DNA of 64,000 nucleotides from Podarcis liolepis (lineage: Eukaryota). The translations under genes and the position numbers were made by a program. Location: NCBI GenBank assembly GCA_965112155.1, contig OZ218099.1; one strand, given 5' to 3'. Under the pieces are notes generated by a model. That model worked only from the letters and a program-made list of their open reading frames with translations, did no database searches and was not told the DNA's origin. Positions 63,719 through 64,000 of the stretch are shown here, one piece after another (within the stretch, counting starts at the first letter, position 1; the number at the start of each line of letters is the position of its first letter).

Positions 63719-63960
63719 CAGTGGTACCTCGGGTTACATACGCTTCAGGTTACATACGCTTCAGGTTACAGACTCCGCTAACGCAGAAATAGTACCTCAG
63801 GTTAAGTACTTTGCTTCAGGATGAGAACAGAAATCGTGCTCTGGCGGCGCGGCAGCAGCAGGAGGCCCCATTAGCTAAAGTGGTGCTTCAGGTTAAGAAC
63901 AATTTCAGGTTAAGAATGGACCTCCAGAACAAATTAAGTACTTAACCCGAGGTACCACTG
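63719..63960. mobile_element. Tc1/mariner MITE
   Basis: TIRs CAGTGGTACCTCGGGTTA / TAACCCGAGGTACCACTG; TA TSD; internal 16-bp tandem duplication. Confidence 0.9.
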
Positions 63961-64000
63961 TATTGGCATTAAATGCCCAGGACAGCAGTACCTCAAGGAG

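Overview
Eukaryotic (vertebrate) genomic DNA, very probably a lacertid lizard, judged from a near full-length Sauria SINE with an (ACCTTT)n tail, other tRNA-derived SINEs, hAT and Tc1/mariner MITEs and Penelope remnants. The window holds the syntenic trio NT5DC2 (minus strand, coding exons 1-8, continuing off the left edge), SMIM4/UQCC5 (plus strand, complete 70-aa microprotein in two coding exons, head-to-head with NT5DC2) and the 3' part of PBRM1/BAF180 (minus strand, 21 coding exons covering bromodomains 3-6, BAH1-2, HMG box, C-terminus and about 3 kb of 3' UTR). I read all exon boundaries from GT-AG sites and checked phase continuity. I found no convincing wholly new gene system. The best leads are regulatory: a UGCAUG (RBFOX) cluster in front of a frame-preserving PBRM1 cassette exon, a 62-bp near-perfect inverted repeat bracketing a frame-shifting PBRM1 exon, candidate poison exons in a CpG-retaining PBRM1 intron, an AUG-UAA start-stop element 1 nt before the SMIM4 start codon, and a possible decayed SMIM4-like exon beside the NT5DC2 promoter. 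Gene and repeat family names come from recalled homology, not from database searches.
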